This document shows, one piece after another, positions 44,432-58,481 of a DNA stretch of 64,000 bases; positions within the stretch are counted from its first letter, which is position 1, and each line of letters begins with the position of its first letter. Below the pieces are notes generated by a model. The model saw only the letters and a list, made by a program, of their open reading frames with translations. It made no database searches and had not been told where the DNA came from. Origin of the DNA: Eledone cirrhosa (taxonomy: Eukaryota); contig OZ024740.1 of assembly GCA_964016885.1 (NCBI GenBank), positions 126,046,001 through 126,110,000 of the forward strand, written 5' to 3'. Position numbers and translations under genes: made by a program.

Positions 44432-45599
44432 CGAGAAGAGATGTTTTCCTGATGTTTTCTTGGTACCATATTTATACTTGAATATGATACAATAAATATA
44501 TAAATTCTACAGGATTCATTCGTTTGAAATAACAAGAAAACCTGATTCAAAAGTAATGATAAACGTTCTAAGAATGAACAAGTCATTTTTACATGATATT
44601 TGGCAGAAACCTGCAACGGGGTGAGTGGTCAGAAGTGTATATTCAGAGGAATAACTCCTATTAAGCAAGTCTTTCGGACCTTGATGCCTCCTGATACTGT
44701 AGGAGACCCTGTCCCATCCAGGCAATGATTCATATGTCCCCTCCTGCTCTTATGTATATTATATATATGCATATATATATATATATATAACGAAGGAAAT
44801 GTGGTAAGGAACCAGGTGGACCATAACTCACCAAAGTACTCAATACTTAAGGTAGTAGAGTGGGTAATAGGAAAGAGTAGGACCCCGACGGCTGAGCTCA
44901 AGCCGTTTGGACGGCTAATTCTGGACTAAATATATATATATATGTGTGTGTCATGTGTGTGTGTGTGTGTAAGTGAGTGTGTGTGTAAGTGTGCCTGTGT
45001 GTGCGTGCGCGTGTGTGTATTTTTAACTATTAATTCCCTAGTCTTTATCGCAAATAAATCGACACCTAACTAACGGCAAAATCCATACACCTACATTCAA
45101 CCACACTAAAATTATTCCTCTGCTTTCCACAATCTCAATACTTAACACATTGTGCATATTGAAAATTAATTTCTATGCTATCATCAAGGGCGCATACACA
45201 GGCGTTTTAAGATCACGTCTGACCAACAATTAATCGAGTTTAAATGAAACCCCTTTAAAATCGTTTTGAATTCCAATATCAATTTAAGTAACAGGCAATG
45301 AAAGGAGTGTAAAATAAGAATCCTTTTGGAATATATGTCAGTTAACTGCAACAGTTCCAAATTACTTTTCATTTGCATATAAACCTCTGTTCTATCTTAC
45401 ACCAAATGATTATTGGCAATAATACATATTGTGGGAGTATCGGGGACTTATAAGTGTGGCGCCATACAAAATTTCTTGAAACATATCCAGACTTTATATT
45501 ATACAAATTAGTTAGGCGTCTTATATTCTAAGTGTTTTGTATAAAAGAAATGAATGAGATATACTAACGTTAGTTTCGACGGAGATTGTTCCAAATGTT

Positions 45600-46150
45600 C
45601 AATCAATGGTATAGCATATTCATGGAATTAACGTGTATGTGACTAAGCAAGCCACGGACATGTGTACCTCAACTTAATTCTCAGAGAGTGTCTGTGTCAC
45701 ACAATCTACTAGAAGATTGGCGCTTTGAATTATTGGTATAGTCCAATCATGTAATGTTTGTATGTGAAATGTTTTGTTTTGTTTTGTGATTGTTTAAGTT
45801 ATTGAAAGCATTAGATATAATAATTGTCTAGGGCTTGTGTGGCTACTTTCAGTATGCTTCATAGTGTGTGTGTAGCCTAGTAATTAAAATGTTATATTTT
45901 CCATCATATGGTAGAGCATTCGATTACCAGAACTAGCAGCGTGTTGTGTGCTTGCACGACTTCCTTTCACGATGCTCTTGTCCATTCAACTGAGAAACCA
46001 AGTCAATTCTAGTTTAAGCTAGTGGCCAAGCCTACAATTTACTGGCATCGCATCAAGAGAGGGGTAAAGTGCTCACAATTGCTTAATGCCAATCAATCTG
46101 CGATAATCGCCAGGATGAGAGTCCTTTAGATTCAAGAGGACTTTTAGCTT
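45600..46150. mobile_element. Old SINE fragments in both orientations
   Basis: AATTAACGTG..CCACGGACATGTGTACC..TTCTCAG (minus), and GTGTTGTGTGCTTG..TTTCACGATGCTC..GTCCATTCAACTG (plus). Confidence 0.4.
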
Positions 46151-46199
46151 CGTATCTGTGTAAATACTGGATTTGGATGTAGATGTACTGGGATCATTT

Positions 46200-47100
46200 C
46201 TTCTTTCAAACCACCATCTTTAATTTTACAAATTACATTTCCATAATTTTTTCATTTACGCTGCTAATATATTGACATCCGGTAGAATCAAGTAAGAAAT
46301 TAATTTTTTCTTGGTGATCTTTCATAACTTGACATTACAGCTTTTTCTATTGGCATATCCTGGATTATAATCATTTGTTTTTGTGGCGTATTTTTCTATC
46401 ATCTGATATACTGTTCTCTTGCCTTATGCTGCAATGAGCCAACTCTTGATATCATCTCTGAAGCCCTCTCTTTGCAGCCAGTCCTACGGTTTTCAATTAT
46501 TAACATATTGATTTTTTTTATTTGATAAAATAGTAATAATTATGGTTTGATATCCAAATGATAACAGATATTGTCTTTTGGAGAGCGGTTTAAAATTCTT
46601 ATACTTGGGTTCTAAAGAATTCGAAAATAAGTAGTTTCGTTTCATCCTATGTCTCCAGTATTTTTCTCAAATATCTAGTTGTTCCTTATACAATATCTAG
46701 GCGTTTAAATATGATCGGTATCATACATTTTTCCAGAGTAACTTATTGAGGTGTAATAACTTTGTTTATCTTTATTCTAGTTAATTATTATAAGTTAGAA
46801 AACTGTTTAAGTTACTAAAATGGTTTTCGAGTATTCATCCCCTACTTGTATTACGTACACATTTTAGTTATCATATATTTCGCCGTACTTTTATACACTT
46901 ATTATTATATGCAATCTTGTTATCTTCTCAATTACAAATATATATGGTCTCTAAATTTCATCTAATATGTATTCCGACAGAATATTGAAATTCCAAAGAA
47001 AATTAATATCTGTATGTGCTCGCTGTTCATAAAATCCTTTCTGGCTTTGCAACAATAGCATTCTCTAACAAGTCAGTGCAATATTACTGAATTTCTATTA
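46200..47100 (-). mobile_element. Highly degenerate R4/Dong-like C-terminal fragment
   Basis: EGFRDDIKSWLIAA*GK resembles the GL..ETE..LIAAQDQ motif. Many stops. Confidence 0.3.
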
Positions 47101-47513
47101 TATTCCTTATGAAATATTTTACTACGTTCAGGCATCTCTACATTTATGAATACTTTCGGCTTTCTTTTCAAATATTTCCTACAACTATAAACTTTCTATA
47201 ACATATTTTAGGTGATATTTCAGAAAATTTAACAAATATAATGATGCATGTGGTTTGATCATAGGGCCACTTTCACAGTTTGAAGATCTGTCCAATTGGC
47301 TTACAAACAGCCTGCGGGTAATAAATTGGTGCTGTTATATGTATTTTACAACAATGTGTGAATATCATACAACCAAATGATAAGAGAGCAATTTAAGATA
47401 ACAGGCAATCGGTTCCTTAAGCGTATATATTTAAGATAATGGTGTACAAATGATTGATGTACAAATAGAAAGGATATGACGAATCTTAAAATAGTAAAAC
47501 ATATCAAGCAATA

Positions 47514-47582
<69 letters not shown>

Positions 47583-47750
47583 CTTCGCGCGCGTGTAAAT
47601 CTATATATATATATATATATAGTTTTGCGAGGTTTTTGATAGAAATCGTGTGTCGAAACAAATATTGTTATACTTAGCAGGCTAAAGCTAAACAGAAAAA
47701 ATGAACGGAATAACAACCAAACAAACAATACTGAGCTAAGAGAAGTATAA

Positions 47751-47781
<31 letters not shown>

Positions 47782-48131
47782 ACAGATTAAATAAAGATGG
47801 CGTAGACATACAATACAACATGAGGAAACATAATAGCACCACTGACGATGTTGCAGATGTGCAATGAAAGAAATTTGTTTATATATGTGTTTGTCTCTAT
47901 ATTATATCTGCATTTTTGACTGTTGGTCAGTCAATGGTAACATTGAGGACCAAATAAATTAAATTAACTGATATAAAAGATACAGAGGCGAAAACCAACC
48001 AAACAGTGAGTGTGTTCTGTTATTAATTCTGGCAATATTATTACACAAATATGACTCTCCCCAAGTATAACAATATATATATATATATATATTTCTATAT
48101 TTACACGCACGCACACACGCACGCACACACG

Positions 48132-48168
<37 letters not shown>

Positions 48169-48229
48169 GCACGCACGCACGCGCACACACCCAACACACA
48201 GACACACACAGACACACACACACACACAC

Positions 48230-48277
<48 letters not shown>

Positions 48278-48415
48278 CAGAAGATATGTTGCTTATTCAT
48301 GGTTATCTCTTTGTTACTTTTTTAGGATAAGCCGGTCCGAACGATCCCAAAACACTTCATGCCAGTAGTTTATCCCACCTAAGATTTAGTGATTATGAGT
48401 GACGGAGTACTCATT

Positions 48416-48702
48416 TATCAAATAAGAGGAGTTAAGATGGGATTATTTGACCAACATTGCTTTATTGCATGATATATATATATTTCTGTTACATGGTTAT
48501 GAATGTGACGTCATCTGCAATCATTGGTGTAGTTATGCAATCATTGTGATATGCCACTGTTCTTGTACTACTATCCCAATTATTGCACAACTACACCTAT
48601 AATTGTATAAGTATCTGATTAAGTCCCATGCATGTAACAAAAATATGTCATGAAATAAAGCAATTATGTTGAAATAATCCCGCCTTAACTCCTATTATTT
48701 GA

Positions 48703-48704
<2 letters not shown>
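48416..48704. mobile_element. Old, diverged fold-back element with a degenerate hammerhead in each arm
   Basis: TATCAAATAAGAGGAGTTAAGATGGGATTATTT pairs imperfectly with AAATAATCCCGCCTTAACTCCTATTATTTGATA. Cores are CAGATGA..GAAA-TATA..TC (minus) and CTGATTA..AAAA-TATG-TC (plus). Confidence 0.7.
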
Positions 48705-48753
<49 letters not shown>

Positions 48754-48865
48754 AATTATTACCCCGACGGCAGAGCTTAAGCCGTTTCGACGGCTATTTC
48801 TGGACATATATATATATGTGTGTGTGCGTGTGTGTATATATATATATAAATATATATATATACAC

Positions 48866-48981
<116 letters not shown>

Positions 48982-49227
48982 TGTGTGTGTTAGTGGTAGT
49001 AAAATATTACAGAATCATGCAATATCAAAATAAATTAAGTTGGGAAATATTTGTGGGTTTCGAGCAAAGCTGCTTTTTTAACGTTAATGGTAAGTTGTGA
49101 TCGCTTTGGAATTAGAAATTAGTAAACAGACGTGAAACGTTACCCGGATCGGAGTGACAGGCGCTATTTAATAACCCAGTAATTGGGTCAAGAATATTGT
49201 TCTGGGTAATGTGGTAAAGTGTTGATA

Positions 49228-49875
49228 TCTATATATATAAAGTTGTAGTTCCTGTCTGTTTGTCTGTTTGTTTGTTCACAAACTCCGCCTATGGTTTTGG
49301 AGATAGACCCCCATAAACATATATATTCTGACACTACATTGCCCAGGGTACTTAGATATGTATATTTCATTTTAATCAAAGTGTTTCCCTGGAGCACAAA
49401 CCCCCGCTGAAAATTTCGTCATTTCGAATTATATGAAATTTAAACCATAGGTAAATGACAAGATATGATTCCTATTCACAAAATTTCAGCAAATTTTAAT
49501 AATATTAAGACACCGTAATGGGTGTTAAACGCCCTATAGTGAACATTTTGGAAGCCCTTAACTTGAGTATTGGAACTTTGAATTTCTAATTTGAAAATAA
49601 TGCTTTACACAAAAATGAACTGATCAAGTTTTGATTTGATATTTTGAAAAAAATTATATAAAAGAAATAAAATAAGAATAAGATTTAATAACGTAATTTT
49701 GATTTGATATATTACAAAAAATAATGTTTTCCAACTTTTCATGCATTACATTTTACATTGAGTAATGTTGAAATGCAGAGTTTTTCTGCATAGATTATAT
49801 CACTGATTCAAAATCAATCATCATTTTCTTACAAAAAAAAAAATGTGTGCAGGAAGGCGCGGGTAATTCGGCTAG
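49228..49875 (+). mobile_element. Non-autonomous Helitron
   Basis: 5' TC (TCTATATATATAAAG then a (TTTG/TCTG)n tract). 3' GC-rich remnant GTGCAGGAAGGCGCGGG followed by CTAG. Inserted between A and T. Confidence 0.75.
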
Positions 49876-50529
49876 TTTATTTATAAACCTATTTATTTTA
49901 AAAAGTTGATATTTATTTATAAATCTTCCATCACGATTTTATGTAATAACCTTTGTTAAGTTTTGTTCGTTCCAAACACTAGTCTAACTATTTGATACAG
50001 ACCCATCCATGGCTATCCGCCCTGTTTTTATCATAGCAAATCCTTTATTTTTAAGTTTTTATATTTATATGAAAAAGCGACCATCATAATTTTATGTTAA
50101 ATTATGTTACAAACGCAATCTTAATAATGACAATGTTAGTATTTTATTAAATCCATCAAAATTCGATATCATGTACAAAATTATTTGAGTTACTCTTTTC
50201 GTCTTTCTCAAGAAATACGATAACGAAATGGTTAAACAATTTTCCATCCATTCATCGTAAAATGACTGATTGATATAGATTCAGTTTCTTTTTTTTTCTT
50301 GCTGCTCTAGTATATTTCCGTCTCTCAACCTCTGATCCGATTACTCCACGTTTCTCACCCTCTCTCTTCTTCATACTAACCAACTATAACTCTCTTAGCT
50401 ATTATCTACTGCTATCTATGCCAATATCCTCAACTGCTGTTGGAGTGTTCGTTTCTTGCTACATGGTATTTCAGGGTCAGGGGGTATACGAAATCTTGAA
50501 GAAATATTTCCTTCTTCACATCGTTCACT

Positions 50530-51180
50530 AATATCAAAATATTGACTTTTAATAGAGAGAAGGGCATGGTGAAGTCATCCGTTGTTGGATATCTCGTATC
50601 ATTATTGATGCTGTTCGAAGGGACGTAGAAGACTCATAAGTTTTTGTGACATCAGCTATGAAATAAGTCACAAGAATGGCATGGTCTATGTGTCCTCATT
50701 ACAACGTGATGCATAGCCTGGATTGGAATGTCATGCGTTCAAGAGCGTTTAGTGTTAAGGTCATCTGGATTATGTTCAATATGAACTCCACCTGAAAACT
50801 CCCGAAATGCTTGTATAGTTGTCATTTTGTACCTGGACAAACGGATGGAGATGAAAAAGAAACATAAATTCTGGGAAGCTGTCCAACCATATCACAGAAT
50901 GGGCTGCTAAGTTGTGTTCAAACACTTTGGCTGAAAATATACGTTCTATGCAAATTATCCTGCACATGTACAGAAACATCAGTTGCATCATAGACTATCC
51001 AAAGATTATAAAACCACATCACACGGATTTCGAAAGAATTTGTGCCATGCAAGAGGCAAATTCCAACGCAATTATCCCCAAAAGGTACGACACCGGGGAG
51101 GGGGTTTTGGGCTGGGGGAGACAAATATTTCTAGGAAGCACAAATAACGCAGTAATGCAAGGGGAATATTATCCATGACA
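50530..51180 (+). pseudogene. Possible highly degenerate hAT transposase fragment
   Basis: IIDYPK..HTDFERICAMQEANSNAII..GEGVL loosely resembles the hAT (ZBED/GTF2IRD2-like) core. Confidence 0.3.
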
Positions 51181-53571
51181 AATAAGTAAAATTACAATTC
51201 AGCATGTAAAAATAAAATTATTCACTGTTGAATCATCGAATCAACGTACACACAACTCTTTTCAACCTTACTTCCATATATGTTTTTAGAAAGTTTGCTG
51301 CGAAGAAATGTAAACACGTCATATAGCCCTCAAGGCGAAAATATATTTGTTCTGTGAATTCCAGAAAACAGATTTATAAGTTATTTTGCTGAAGCTTAAA
51401 CTGGATAGCTGCTAGTACAGGAATTATATAAATAATGTTTACCATGTATAAACACATCATTTACAATCACAAATAGTCAGATTCACATATCGTTATATAT
51501 TGATTTCGGGCGGTTAGGTACAAAGCAATGTTAGATCAGTGACAGTATATTACAGGTATTTTAAAAACCTCAGACCTGCTTTGCAAACCATGATTTACCT
51601 AGAGAATAAAATGTTGTTTATATGTTAATTTGTTATATCAAGATGTTATTAATAAATGGGTCCTAAAAACTTAAAAACGACAGGATGGGGGGGGGGGGGT
51701 TAATTCAATCTAATATTGCAATAACACACGCAAACACATTTATATATATGTATCAACACACAAACACTCACACAAATACACACACACATAAACACAACGC
51801 ACAGATACACACACATATTTATATAAGTTACAGCTTTCATTATAAAAAAACATGGCTGTATACGTTTGAACATTTTTATTATGTATTTTTCAAAACACCT
51901 TATTATTCCTTTATGTTTGCTTTGGGACAATAAGTGTTCTATATCCACAATTCTAGTAACATTTCGACATCATTATAGCCTTATCCTCAGAATAGAAATA
52001 ACATTTATCGTGACATATTATTTGCGTTCTTTTTACTGGTCGCAAATACCATGGGTAAATTAGTAAAATCATTAGTGCCGGCTTTGGAAATTATTTAAGG
52101 GCCACAGCCTGGCAGTGGTTATAATTACTTTTATGTATGATGTATCTGTATATTGATGATTGGTTTATATTTTGATATTAGTTAAGCCTTCTTAGTTACT
52201 CACCTCATATATATAATCACAACATTTTCAACTAAATATTTTTCATCTGATTGTAAAGTATTTTAATGTGTTGCTGTCAATCCTTCATGCAAATGCACGT
52301 TCAACTCCAATGATAAAGTGCCGTCCATGCACAAATTAAGGTTTGTGAGTTACATTCATCATATGAATTAACTTCACCGATGCTCTTTCTGCGAAGCTCC
52401 TGTTTAGTTTTACTTCAACAAAAGAAGTATTTTCTTCTCCAGAGCAAGGCAATCAGGTGTATGAACCGTCCACGAAAAAACACCAATGATAAAACTTTTG
52501 TATGAATTGATTTAGTTAATCCTGTACCGCCGCCTCCATCTTCTTCCCGGACCCATTCCTTCTTGTAATTCTCCATATATAAGCGTCTTCGATATCGATG
52601 ATCTAATATTCTCAAATCATCGCAACCAGGGGCCTCGTTTGCCTTTAAAATGTGAAGGGGAGAAACCATCATTTGTTGATTCTTAAAGGAGCATGATTTG
52701 CTTATGGTACCTTTCCGGGACCCTATCACATCGGTAACATTTTACGCTAATTAAATTTTATATATTCAAATGAAGTTCGGATATAAAAAAAATAAGGTTA
52801 AAAAGAATTTATTATATCAAATAAACAAAAAAATAAAATATAGACATTTGAAAAAGTGTGTGTGTGTGTGTGTGTGTGGGGGGGGGCATTGTCCCCTGGT
52901 ACCGCCCTGAAACAAAGCCCTTGATTGCAACTGCTGACGTAACATTTTAGCTTCAATGCTGTTGATTCTGATCTGATAGAAAAATTCGTTATTTGTGTCC
53001 TGCTCTGGTCAATGTAATGGCAATACATATAGCAGCAATCTTTGATTAAAGCGATCTAATCTTTTTTTTTATGAATACGTGGTTCTATTATCGTAGACGG
53101 TTATGTACATCCCTTTCTGCCTTATGTTATACTTATACATGCATTATTTAAGTTTATCATATCTAAAATAATATATATTCGGAGATCGCGCTAGTCAGCG
53201 TTGAAATTATGCAGTTGCAGTGCTCTATGTTCGTGAGTGATGGGAAGATTTGTCAGTTGGTGGATAAGGGGCTACAAAAATATTAGCGAAACTCATGAGA
53301 TAAGAAACAAAGTAAACAGCTGTAGCTGGTCCAGTTACGTGTTTACCTGCGCTAATTTGAGAAATACAAAATGTGACATTTCTACTTAGTGTAAGGATTA
53401 TTATGCTTGTTCACTATAAAAAAGGATTTGTGGTTCGAGTTCCGTAGGGACTTTTGTCCAACTTTTCCATCTCATACCATGCTGGTAAATATATTATTTC
53501 TGTATATCACACACACACACATACACACACACACAAATTGCATGACATATTCTCGATTAATCGAGACAATG

Positions 53572-53983
53572 GTTTCTTATATAGGCACAAGGCCAGCAAT
53601 TTGGGGGGAGGGGAAAGTCGATTAAATCGGATCCAATGCGTGACTGATACTTTATTTTATCGACCCCATAAGGATGAAAGGCAAAGTTAACCTCCGCGGG
53701 ATTTGAGCTCAGATCATAAAGAGCCGTAACTCTATGTTGCAAAGCATGGCGTCCGACCCTCTACCGATACCTCCAATCCACCGCCCTCTAATAATAATTG
53801 TTTCAACTTTTGGCACAAGGCCAGCAATTACCCAGTTCATTATTGGTACTTTATTTTATCGACCCCGTAACGATGAAAGACAAATTTAACCTCGGCGGGA
53901 TTTGAACTCAGACCGTAAAGAGACGTAACTATGCTAGAAAGTATGGTGTCCGACTCTCTACCGATACTGCCAATTCACCGCCC
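53572..53983 (-). mobile_element. Head-to-tail SINE dimer with a shared target-site duplication
   Basis: Two copies, about 53572-53787 and 53790-53983. GATTAATCGAGA(C/T)AATG occurs at 53555 and 53988. Confidence 0.88.
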
Positions 53984-54586
53984 TTTAGATTAATCGAGAT
54001 AATGCATACCACTTACTCAAAAAGTGTAATGTAGAAAAGTAACCAATGTATAATACTTACACACACACGCACACACACACACACATATATATATACATAC
54101 GCATGTATATAGATAGAGTGAGAGAGAGAGAGAGAGAGAGAGGGGGGAGAGAGATTATATATGTATGTGTCTGTGAGTAGGAGGTGTGTACGTGAAGAAA
54201 ACAGTTTTTCTTAAAATTACCAGTTTCATACGTCTCTTCAACTGGAGAAGAGTAAATATTACAGGTACGAGAAACAATTACACAATAAATATATAAAATC
54301 GAAAGCCAAACAGACAAATTATTATTATAAAACACCAACTAAAAAACAACATAATATGATGTATAATATCTAACATATTGATGATGCACAGGGGTAAAAG
54401 TTACGCATGACTATATTTAACTACTTTTTATAAAATTATGATTTTTTTCTAACTTGCGTTCCCATGTTTTTATTATTAAGCATTATCCTGATGAAGTGCT
54501 TAGTAACCCCTTGAATTTCATGAATCGTGTTTTTATACTCGGTAGTTTCATGGTTGTATTTTTGCGCGCAATATATGTATGTATAT

Positions 54587-54683
<97 letters not shown>

Positions 54684-54756
54684 TACATATACATATATGT
54701 ATATATATGCGTGTATATATGTATATATATATATATATATATATAAATATGTATAT

Positions 54757-54826
<70 letters not shown>

Positions 54827-56465
54827 TCATGCAGGCCCACAACACCTCATTCCTAAATACATTAACAAGCATATCTGCGTGTTCTTGTATCGTATTTGGA
54901 AGGCATACCATCCTCCACACGTTTTATATTACTTTTGCATTGGAAAATATCGAACAGAAATAAACATTGAAATGTCTTGCAAAGTTCATCTTTTCTGTTG
55001 GAGAAAAATAAAGCAATAGAAAAAACAACAAAATCGAAACAAAATAAAAGATAATAAAAAAAAAGATGGGAGATGGGGACATAGACACGTAGAGAAGGGA
55101 GATAAAGAGGGGGAAATAAAGAGAGGTAGTAGGCGGGAAAGAAACTATTTACAGTTAAATGATTGGTACGAACATGGAAAATATGTTGCATATATGGGTG
55201 CATTTCGTATAATTGAAAGAGTGTGATAGAAAGAGAGAGAAAGGGTGAGAGTAGGGGGGGAGGGGGAGAATGAGTGAACGAAAAAGAAAGAGAGGAAGAG
55301 AGAATGAAAATAATAGATAGGGGAGGGAAAGAGCGATAACAGACAGCCAAGGTGTATATTAATGTGCGAGAGAGACAGATGAAAAGAAGAAAAAGGTTTG
55401 TGCGAGAAATAATGATAGAATTTAGGAAATTCTTGTAATGAGGGAGAACGAAATATGAGAGAGACAGAGAACAGGAAAGAGAGAAACATGGTGAGGAATA
55501 TTGTTTGTTTATACCTAAATGATAGGTAATATTCGAGATGGAAAATAAATGGCAAAAAAACAAAACAAATATATATATATAAATATAAATATAATTTCAG
55601 CGAGATCGTATTTCGGCTGTTGTCAAAAACAAAGCGAAACACAATTTTCGAGATATGCGGCAAGCGCTCAATGGACTAAAAAAGACCAGGGCAATAAACA
55701 TACTTTATAGAGGCCATGCAAACTGAAAACGGAGGTCATGAAGCTATCAGCCACCCGAGCCAAAAAAAACGAAGCAAGCTAAACAGGTTAAACTAAAGAA
55801 TTTACCTGGATCCCCTGGAATTAATGGTATAATCCAGTGGAAGGTTTCAGTGACACCTAAATCAATTATACTGCCTGTTTTCATATTAAGCTTTTGGTAT
55901 AACGATAGAACAAGGGTGCCATTTCGTCAACAGTTATTTTGTTCTCAGGCAGCGAGCGGATTCCTAGCAGTAGTAGTTTTGGAGTAATTACCCCCACGTA
56001 TTTTACCCTGCAGGGAGGCAACCCCGGTTTTGGCAAATGGATTAAGAATTTGTAAAATAAATGCAAGAATTGCAAATATATATATATATATATATATAGG
56101 AACACATATCCTATTACTACTATCTCCTCTAAGTTGAGAACAAATTTGGTCGCTCCGACTGCTGCTAGTGATAGCTGTGGCTGGTTTGACCTACCTCCTT
56201 CTGCCTCTATCTTTACTTCGGCCCTTGATAAACCTGTTTCTACATCATCCACTCTCATCCCAGGAACAGTTTTGATAGCGCTAGTCCGTAATTTAAATTC
56301 AGGAATTTTATATTCTTTGAATGAAAAGAACCTTCTGACGAGAATCTTTCTTTGCAACGAAGGCCGTATGGTCTCCGTTTTATTTTTGGAATTCGAAACC
56401 GATCGGTAAAGGTAACTATAGTAGGTAAAGTCAATTTTTTAAAATTTATTTTGAAACTTTTTCAT

Positions 56466-56527
<62 letters not shown>

Positions 56528-56826
56528 TATAGAGTAAAGCATGTCCAGAGAATTATTTGATAATATATATACACCATCTCTACTCCCAATCAGCATAATT
56601 AACCACACAAAAAATCAATTAGACCAGGCTATAAGAATAAAAGGCACCTATGAAAAAACAGTAAATAAAAATGCATGGCAGCGTCTTCGCGTCCAACCGC
56701 TATAGAATATTTACCCAACATTTCAACAGCACATGGAAATTAATTAAATATACGGTCAACCATATATAATTAGGTAAAAATTAAAGTTAGAAATGCTTAT
56801 ATACATACCAGGATTAAATCAGTAAA

Positions 56827-56903
56827 TCCTGAAGCATGGGTTTCGCTCACATTTTGAGATATCTTATTCAGGATTAATCTCGCGTTTAGAGCTCCTCAGG
56901 GGA
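56827..56903 (-). ncRNA. Hammerhead ribozyme, stem III partly decayed
   Basis: Minus: TCCC-CTGAGGA-GCTC...GAGC-GAAA-CCCATGCT-TC-AGGA. Confidence 0.65.
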
Positions 56904-57514
56904 CAAACTCGCTAGGACAGATTATTTTCCGAAGTGGGCCCCGCCAAACACGAATTCAAAATGGTTGATAACTGTGTAGTGGCAGTGGTCAAGTTAGGAT
57001 GGGTGTCATTGGTTGCTTATGGCGAGTGGGTTGGTTGCTAGAAAGCGCAGCCCAATATCGCCCAAATTGTATCTCAACCTTATGGGAGATTATTAAATAT
57101 AAATATTTACACATACACCAATTAAACAAAGTCACAGGTATATATGTGTTTTGGCAACTATTCCCGATGTTGCTCAATGAAGAATTAATGAATTAAATAA
57201 TCAGAGCAAAATACTATAGAGTAAAGAATGTCCAGAGAATTATTTGATAACATATATACATAATCTCTACTCCCAATCAGCATAATTAACCACACAAAAA
57301 ATCAATTAGACCAGGCTATAAGAATAAAAGGCACCTATGAAGAAACAGTAAATAAATACGACACGGCAGCGTCTTCGCGTCCAACCGCTATAGAATATTT
57401 ACCCAACATTTCAACAGCACGTGGAAATTAATTAAATATACGGTCAACCATGCATACTTAGGTAAAAATTAAAGTTAGAAATGCTTATATACATACCAGG
57501 ATTAAATCACTAAA

Positions 57515-57591
57515 TCCCGACCCATGGGTTTCGCTCACATTTTGAGATATCTTATTAAGGAAGAATCTCGAGTTTAGAGCTCTTCAGGGGA
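57515..57591 (-). ncRNA. Hammerhead ribozyme, intact
   Basis: Minus: TCCC-CTGAAGA-GCTC..GAGAT..ATCTC..GAGC-GAAA-CCCATGGG-TC-GGGA, with a GUC triplet. Confidence 0.88.
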
Positions 57592-57633
57592 CAAACTCGC
57601 TAGGACAGTTTATTTTCCGAAGTGGCTCCGCCA

Positions 57634-57685
<52 letters not shown>

Positions 57686-57725
57686 TATATATAAAAGAAA
57701 ATTTTCGCTCAATATGGCTCAATAC

Positions 57726-58310
57726 AATAAATGTTATTTCTCAGTTTTTCGAATATTAATAATAACATTCGATTCGTTTGCAATTATGCAAACAAGCCTC
57801 AGTTTTATAGCCGTATCCGTAGAATGAACCCTTCTTTCTTGCTCTTGTGTTGGCATGTGAACAAAACTGCAGACACTAATGTTTCTGGGTATCACTCTTC
57901 ATCAGTACAGCTCTCTGTTCACATGCCAAACTGTGAGAGCGAGTGAACATATACAGGAAACTGACTGGCAGGTCTGCTGATATGCAAATCTGGCTGATCA
58001 GTGGATCTGCTAATATGCAGATCTGAATTATCAGCCAGTCTGCTAATATGCATGTCATGCCGATCAGTCATTGTGCATTTTTGAAAATAGCATATATTTT
58101 CACAAGCTCTGACAGTTTGGCAGGTAAACAGTGAGCTGTACTAATGAAGGGTGATATCAAGACATTAGTGTCTGCAGTACTGTTCACATGCCAACACAAG
58201 AGCAAGAATGAAGAGTTCATTCTACTGACATGGCTATAAAATAGAGGCTTGTTTGCATAATTGCAAACGAATCGAATGTTATTATTAATATTCGAAAAAT
58301 TACATTTATT
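57726..58310. mobile_element. Fold-back element (about 220-bp arms, about 140-bp spacer) with a hammerhead in each arm
   Basis: Arms are about 57726-57952 and 58092-58310. Minus HHR at 57863-57914: AGAGCTGTA-CTGATGA-AGAGTGATACCCA-GAAA-CATTAGTG-TC-TGCAGTTTT. The plus copy is decayed (CTAATGA). Confidence 0.85.
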
Positions 58311-58481
58311 ATATATATATATATATATATAATAAGAAGTTGACGGGCCCAGCATATTTATCAATGCCAGGACCGGTTGTGACTCAGCGTACGTCATGGG
58401 CAATGTACGATACATTCCCAGAGTATACACATAGTTATTTGCTTCAATACAACGCACGTAAAACGGGTGCCTATAATAGTT

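Larger units (their letters stand above)
56524..57637 (-). mobile_element. Retrozyme-like / non-autonomous PLE unit: 427-bp direct repeats, each with a hammerhead, around a 260-bp unique core
   Basis: 56524-56950 is repeated at 57211-57637. (TA)n on both flanks. No recognisable ORF. Confidence 0.85.

Noticed and set aside
54488-54520. CTGATGA hammerhead candidate
   Set aside because: The GAAA box is absent (TGAATT) and the stems are weak.
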